Below are positions 64,000 through 64,000 of a stretch of DNA of 64,000 nucleotides, one piece after another. The position numbers were made by a program, and so were the translations under genes. Origin of the DNA: an uncultured Actinomycetes bacterium (lineage in GTDB: Bacteria > Actinomycetota > Thermoleophilia > Solirubrobacterales > Solirubrobacteraceae); the NCBI GenBank assembly GCA_963700655.1, contig CAVOYJ010000002.1:11212-75211 (forward strand). Direction: 5' to 3'. Each line of letters starts with the position of its first letter. Within the stretch, counting starts at the first letter, position 1. Under the pieces are notes generated by a model. The model was not told the origin of the DNA. It saw only the letters and a list, made by a program, of their open reading frames with translations, and did not search any database.

Positions 64000-64000
64000 C

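Overview
Very GC-rich, gene-dense chromosomal segment of an Actinomycetota-type bacterium; the abundance of Ig-like, collagen-like and RCC1 surface proteins hints at a Thermoleophilia/Solirubrobacterales-like organism, but that is only an inference. I can support about 60 protein-coding genes. I recognised no rRNA, tRNA, CRISPR array, transposase, integrase or prophage.

Content, left to right:
- Truncated paralog of an FtsX-type ABC permease, then a DUF1295 membrane protein.
- A 1,265-aa surface protein with 12 tandem 85-aa Ig-like repeats.
- A class-II Fic protein and the first of two VapBC-type (PIN/Phd) TA modules.
- A copper island (csoR, copZ, copA, DUF305) linked to an SQR-like flavoprotein.
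- A P450, a collagen-like membrane protein, cysE-cysK and a dodecin.
- A translationally coupled three-gene operon of unknown function.
- A DUF6569/ARPP-1-like gene plus a zinc-ribbon gene, next to the second VapBC.
- A secreted RCC1/DUF11 protein.
- A cytoplasmic vWA protein, ECF-like sigma and HTH protein operon.
- An FtsX-FtsX-ATPase ABC operon ending in an ImmA/IrrE protease.
- An epimerase, two convergent WS/DGAT acyltransferases and a methyltransferase.
- An operon of three small paralogous exported proteins plus a ~1,400-aa repeat adhesin.
- Proline dehydrogenase and P5C dehydrogenase.
- A 1,190-aa LamG-PKD-Fn3 protein.
- PiT/DUF47 phosphate transport, an HtrA-like protease, DUF1918 and an M50-CBS protease.
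- A PfkB kinase, a CpsB-type phosphatase, a crotonase, a cupin and a TetR regulator.

Major caveat: many otherwise well-conserved genes are interrupted by +/-1 frame changes. These cluster strongly at 39.3-43.4 kb, 17.9-20.9 kb and 59.6-62.8 kb. They may be assembly indels rather than true pseudogenes, so I label them pseudogene 'as given'. Family calls rest on motif recognition from memory, not on database searches.
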